Of a DNA stretch of 64,000 bases, positions 60,559 to 64,000 are shown piece by piece. The notes under the pieces were generated by a model. The model ran no database searches. It saw nothing but the letters and a program-made list of their open reading frames with translations, and was not told where the DNA came from. The stretch comes from Actinomycetes bacterium (GTDB taxonomy: Bacteria > Actinomycetota > Acidimicrobiia > Acidimicrobiales > JAJZXF01): contig JAJZXF010000001.1 in NCBI GenBank assembly GCA_021802485.1, positions 46,872 through 110,871 of the forward strand, given 5' to 3'. A program made the translations under genes and the position numbers. The first letter of the stretch is position 1; each line of letters opens with the position of its first letter.

Positions 60559-61212
60559 TTAGATGCATCTGCAACGTCGGATGTTGCTAGCGTCCACGAT
60601 AGTGGACTGGTTCAACCGGTCAGTGCAACAGCAGACCGATTGCAGCAACCCGTGAACGCTGTGGCTCCCGGCTGAACAGCGAGGCATGGCGTTGATCTGG
60701 TGGCTGATCCGATCCAGGTCATCTTGGTCGTAGACCGACAGATCGGTAGACTTTGGCAACGAGCGACCTGAGGGGCCATCGAACGCCTCATTGCTCTGAC
60801 GCCGCCAGGGGCACTGCGCCGCGGTTCGGTAGAAAGGCCGGCAAATCGTCTCGTGGCTCAACGGTGAACCCTCGGCTGCAAGCGGCCGGGGAATCATGAT
60901 CGGGGAGTCCTTTTGGCTAGGTGCTCTTCTGCGCGCCAAGCAATCGAGGTGTCGGCTCGGAACCTCGTCTGCTTTGAATACTTGCCCCATCGCAGAGCAT
61001 GGCCGTCTGCCGCCGTCGTCTGGTAGCGCTCGCGCCTAGCCTTGTGCGCGACTTCCGTCACAGACACTCAGCGCTGCCCACCCGAGCGGCCAGGCGATTT
61101 GTCTCAACGACTCCTTATCTTCGATCCCCGAGCGGATCTCTTCACGCTCTTTTCGCGCTGAACGGCCTTGCTGCCATGCTGCGGCCTGCGCTGGTTACGG
61201 TTGCCCGCCCAT
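60559..61212 (-). pseudogene. IS30-family transposase remnant (multiple frameshifts/stops, DDE core deleted)
   Basis: My translations across frames give MGGQP*, then RSARKEREEIRSGIEDKESLRQIA (HTH region), then RERYQTTAADGHA...EEHLAKR. ORF 60559-60990 adds SHETICRPFY joined directly to CPWRRQSNE...LPKSTDLSVYDQDDLDRISHQINAMPR. These resemble IS30 N- and C-terminal segments without the catalytic middle. Confidence 0.65.
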
Positions 61213-61501
61213 TATGGTCGGCGCGCTTCAACGATCGGTGGAACACGCCGAGGATTCTTGGTACGTTCGCCAATCGTATCTCGAGGACCACAAGTGCGCG
61301 GCAACCATCACACTTGTGCCTGCTTGGAATATCCTTTCAGCCTAAACGCCTAAGCGGCTGCCGCTGGAGTGAGGTTCCCTCCAAGGGCACCGAGGCGACA
61401 AACTCGTCGCAGGCTAGCGTTCATACGCTTCATCTCCACTTCGCCTAGCATTGTCTTTGGAAGGCAACTTCCTCAGGACGCACCCGAGGAGGACCCGCCA
61501 A

Positions 61502-61576
61502 GCCCTCGTAGCTCAGGGGATAGAGCACCGGCCTCCGGAGCCGGGTGCGCAGGTTCGAATCCTGCCGGGGGCGCCA
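61502..61576 (+). tRNA. tRNA-Arg (anticodon CCG)
   Basis: Manual cloverleaf. Acceptor GCCCTCG/CGGGGGC, D-arm GCTC-AGGGGATA-GAGC, and anticodon arm CCGGC-CTCCGGA-GCCGG with CCG at positions 34-36. The variable loop is 4 nt, the T-arm is GCAGG-TTCGAAT-CCTGC, the discriminator is G and CCA is encoded. Confidence 0.9.
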
Positions 61577-61702
61577 GATGTAAGCTCAGGTCAGAGGCCA
61601 ATTTTGGCAGGTGGCGATGGCCGAGGGCCTCCGAGCGTCGATCATGCCTGTCGATCAATGCTCCCCCGGAAGCCCAGCTAGGCTGGGCGAAGGGAGTGGA
61701 AC

Positions 61703-62385
61703 ATGGCCGGGTCGATGCGCCAGCGAGGCGAGAACTCACGGCTCCTGACAGCCTATGTCGGGTGGGATGCAGCGGCGAAGACGCGCCGTTACGTGACCAA
61801 GACCGTCCACGGTGGAAAGCGCCAGGCCAACAAGGCTCTCGCCGACTTCGTGAGCGAGGTGAACAAGCAACAGCACGCTGCCGCAGCCGCCGAGTCCGGG
61901 GCGATCACCGTCAAGCAGGTCCTCGACCAATGGCTGGAAGCCCGTCGGCAGGTGCTGTCCCCCTCCACCGTGGACCGCTACCAGGTGGCAATCAAGCACG
62001 TCGAGTCGGCCTCCATCGGCAGGCTACCCGTCGCCAAGCTCCGGCCCCACCACCTCGAGGACCTCAACACCTCCTAGTCAAAGGGCAGTCCGGCTCTTCC
62101 ATCCGCAAGGTCCACTGTGCGATACGCCAGTCCCTCGCCTGGGCGCATCGCCGTGGTTTCACTGTTCTTGTCGCGACGAACGAGATCGAGCTGCCGCCGC
62201 TCGGCGAGCGCAAGGTCTCCCCTCCCGCTTCCAGTGACGTGCGCACGCTCGTCGAGCACGCCCTGGCCTCCGACCCCGACTGGGGAACGGCCATCGCCTT
62301 CGTCGCGGGGACCGGCTGCCGCCGGGGAGAAGTGTGCGGGCTCCGCTGGCTGGATGCCAACCCTACAGGAAAGAGCGCCCCTCGA
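61703..62385 (+). pseudogene. Tyrosine recombinase/phage-type integrase, frameshifted (~62070) and 3'-truncated (~62370-62400)
   Basis: The N-terminal part (ORF 61703-62077) reads MAGSMRQRGENSRLLTAYVGWD...TVKQVLDQWLE...STVDRYQVAIKH. The next frame continues LLVKGQSGSSIRKVHCAIRQSLAWAHRRGF...AFVAGTGCRRGEVCGLRWLD. The catalytic H-x-x-R...Y region is absent. It lies 127 bp downstream of tRNA-Arg. Confidence 0.75.
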
Positions 62386-62389
62386 CCGA

Positions 62390-62642
62390 GGTATGCACGG
62401 ACGCGAAGCTCCCGGCTCCGGAAGTCCTGGTCGGACGTGACAAGGATCCAATCCTACTCTGCACACCATTCGGCGATCTCCGCGTCACTCGCCTTGTGCC
62501 GTAGGTCCTGGATCTTCGGATGCGGTTCGCCGAGCTCAGCGATTCGCCGGACCTGTTATACGGTGTATTCGAAGCGCGGTCGCAGCTTCCCCAGCCAATG
62601 ACTGAAGTTCTCGTCCAGCAGGAATCGGGGCTCAGCCGGCAA
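62390..62642 (-). pseudogene. PIN-like/DUF5615-type toxin remnant with two in-frame stops and 3' truncation
   Basis: The minus-strand translation from TTG 62642 reads PAEPRFLLDENFSHWLGKLRPRFEYTV*QVRRIAELGEPHPKIQDLRHKASDAEIAEWCAE*DWILVTSDQDFRSRE. The stops are at 62556-62558 and 62454-62456. It parallels FFVDENI...VVISRDKAI of the intact gene at 23610-24023. The left boundary is approximate. Confidence 0.6.
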
Positions 62643-63300
62643 GGAGGTCCTGGACCCCGCGCACGTCCTCCACGTCGATCGTGTGCCAGTCCGCGATCTG
62701 CTCGATGCCGTGGGACACCGGCTCCCTGGCGATGACGGCGATAGGGAGGCGCGTACCCTTCGGGACGGGTTCTCCGAACTGGATGTTCGGATCGATCTCG
62801 ATGCGGTCGGTCAGCTCCCAGGCAATCGCCTCATTCTCAGTCCCGAAGCAGATCTCCTCGGCGAACGTTTCGATAACTGGCAGCCATACGTAGTGGCCGG
62901 CACCTCTACCGACCAGCTCGATGACTTGCGGTTCTGCGCCGGCCGTCGCCAGGTCGGCCCAGATCGCGGCGCCGTTGGTGAAGAAGAGCCGCTGCGCGAA
63001 AGGGCGGGCCACCCCCGGCAACAACTCGGCCAGCGCGCCTTCCAACTTGCGTAGCTCTTGGAGGCTCACCCCTGCCCGGCGGAAGCGCCGGACGACCTCC
63101 AGGCTGACGAGGTCGTGGAATGAGAGCAGGCGCGACTCGTAAGGGCCAATACCGACGCTCGGCGGAATCAGCCCGGCTGCCCAGCGGCAAAGGGTCCGGG
63201 CCCGCACGTCCGATGCCCGCAAGCCGAGGGTCCGGGCAGCCTCAGGGAAGCTGTAGATCCCGGTCCCGAACGCGGGCACAGCAACAGTCCTGATGGGCAC
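62632..63300 (-). CDS. HTH + DUF433 protein, second paralog
   Basis: 222 aa. The C-terminal IDPNIQFGEPVPKGTRLPIAVIA...IEQIADWHTIDVEDV fits the DUF433 pattern. The architecture matches 22900-23604. Confidence 0.65.
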   Translation of the reverse strand: MPIRTVAVPAFGTGIYSFPEAARTLGLRASDVRARTLCRWAAGLIPPSVGIGPYESRLLSFHDLVSLEVVRRFRRAGVSLQELRKLEGALAELLPGVARPFAQRLFFTNGAAIWADLATAGAEPQVIELVGRGAGHYVWLPVIETFAEEICFGTENEAIAWELTDRIEIDPNIQFGEPVPKGTRLPIAVIAREPVSHGIEQIADWHTIDVEDVRGVQDLLAG

Positions 63301-63497
63301 GGAGCAAGCCTACCGGTCGGGTCCGACAGCACTGAGTTCATTCGAGGACCAGCCGCAGGCTCAGTCGGACCACGCGTCGGAGCACTTGCCCGCCTCCTGC
63401 CGGGGGCGCCGCACCGTGACCAGCGGCTTCGCAGCAGTTGCCCGTCCTGAGGCCGAACCCGAACCCGCGATCGGAAGTATCGCGATATCGTGAAGTC

Positions 63498-63707
63498 ATG
63501 GCAAGGCAGACCACCGGTCGGTTGCCCGATGAATTGGCTGACGAGGCCGAGGCAGTTGCTCGCGTCCGCGGTACCAGCGTGAACACACTGATCGTCGACT
63601 CGCTCAGCGCTGAGGTTGCGCGCGTCTGGAAGGACAAGGACTTCGTGACCCGCGCGCGCAAGCTGCTGGAGCGGGACAAGGAGCTACTCGACCGACTCGC
63701 GAGGTGA
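63498..63707 (+). CDS. Ribbon-helix-helix (CopG/Arc-like) putative antitoxin
   Basis: 69 aa from ATG 63498 (MARQTTGRLPDELADEAEAVARVRGTSVNTLIVDSLSAEV...). The beta-strand/helix/helix pattern is typical of RHH antitoxins. Its stop overlaps the next start (GTGA). Confidence 0.6.
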   Translation: MARQTTGRLPDELADEAEAVARVRGTSVNTLIVDSLSAEVARVWKDKDFVTRARKLLERDKELLDRLAR

Positions 63708-64000
63708 TCCGGCACCTCAGCCTGGCCGACTACCTCTGGCTGGCAGAGCAGGTCACCGGGATCGAGGCAGCGGTGCTCTCGAAGGCGGCGAAGGTCGATC
63801 TCACTGATTCCGCGCTGCACGTGCCTTCGGCAAGCTTTGGCGGGCAAGAGTTCTACCCCGACGTCATCGACAAGACAGCTGTGCTCACCCGCCGACTGGC
63901 ATGGAACCACCCGCTCCTCGACGGAAACAAGCGCGCGGCATGGGCCGCGGTCGTCCTCTTTCTCGATCTGAACGGGATCGTCTGGTCGCCGGATCCTCCC
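63704..64000 (+). CDS. doc: Fic/Doc-family toxin (death-on-curing-like), 3' end beyond the window
   Basis: Absent from the ORF track because no stop lies in the window. My translation from GTG 63704 reads VIRHLSLADYLWLAEQVTGIE...RLAWNHPLLDGNKRAAWAAVVLFLDLNG, which contains the Doc motif H-x-(F/L)-x-D-G-N-K-R. Confidence 0.75.
   Translation, partial: MIRHLSLADYLWLAEQVTGIEAAVLSKAAKVDLTDSALHVPSASFGGQEFYPDVIDKTAVLTRRLAWNHPLLDGNKRAAWAAVVLFLDLNGIVWSPDPP

Noticed and set aside
61369-62601. 410-aa plus-strand ORF
   Set aside because: It reads straight through the tRNA-Arg gene and across the integrase frames. Only its middle part (about 62070-62385) corresponds to real, integrase-derived coding sequence.

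Overview
High-GC bacterial chromosomal segment. Gene content and synteny (coaE-uvrB...uvrA, hisD-C-B-H-A-F, gatCAB beside ligA, an AftD-like GT-C transferase, an IS607-type element) suggest Actinomycetota, possibly an Acidimicrobiia-like lineage; this is inference only. The housekeeping backbone is uvrC (partial), nadA, uvrA, uvrB and coaE (1-8.9 kb), the his operon (31.0-36.5 kb), gatB/gatA/gatC, ligA and acs (47.9-57.9 kb). Four accessory or rearranged blocks interrupt it. (1) A cell-envelope glycan cluster (8.9-27.5 kb) holds a SAM methyltransferase, a DUF2079-like membrane protein, a GT2 remnant, a polytopic membrane protein, a ~1540-aa AftD-like GT-C enzyme, a GT4 and an FAD oxidoreductase. 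It carries a 2140-bp IS with 13-bp terminal inverted repeats and a CTAA target duplication. It also carries a 1.3-kb segmental duplication of the AftD-like gene 5' end fused to a truncated, frameshifted GT2 gene, and an inserted DUF433/PIN-like toxin-antitoxin pair. (2) A 2.36-kb insert lies between the hemolysin-III gene and hisF. It has ~0.8 kb with no convincing ORF containing a 35-bp direct repeat, followed by a tandem duplication of a coiled-coil + PD-(D/E)xK-like gene. The two copies differ by 5 versus 1 copies of an in-frame 21-bp repeat. (3) A putative oxidative/hydrolytic gene cluster (38.5-45.1 kb) encodes a diiron ferritin-like protein, two amidohydrolase_2 paralogs, an orphan hydantoinase-B-type subunit, an SCP2-like protein and a 2x[4Fe-4S] ferredoxin. 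An MFS-TetR pair follows it. (4) A mobile-element graveyard around tRNA-Arg(CCG) (57.9-64.0 kb) holds an IS607-type element (frameshifted tnpA plus a long tnpB), a decayed IS30 transposase and a frameshifted, truncated integrase. It also holds a second DUF433 gene with a stop-riddled PIN-like partner, and an RHH-Doc pair running off the window. Further candidates are an NAD+-riboswitch-like (nadA-motif) leader upstream of nadA, an 18-bp perfect inverted repeat downstream of nadA, and an alpha/beta-hydrolase ORF that reads without a stop into gatC. No CRISPR array, rRNA or reverse transcriptase was seen. All family assignments rest on motif recognition by eye, not on database searches.
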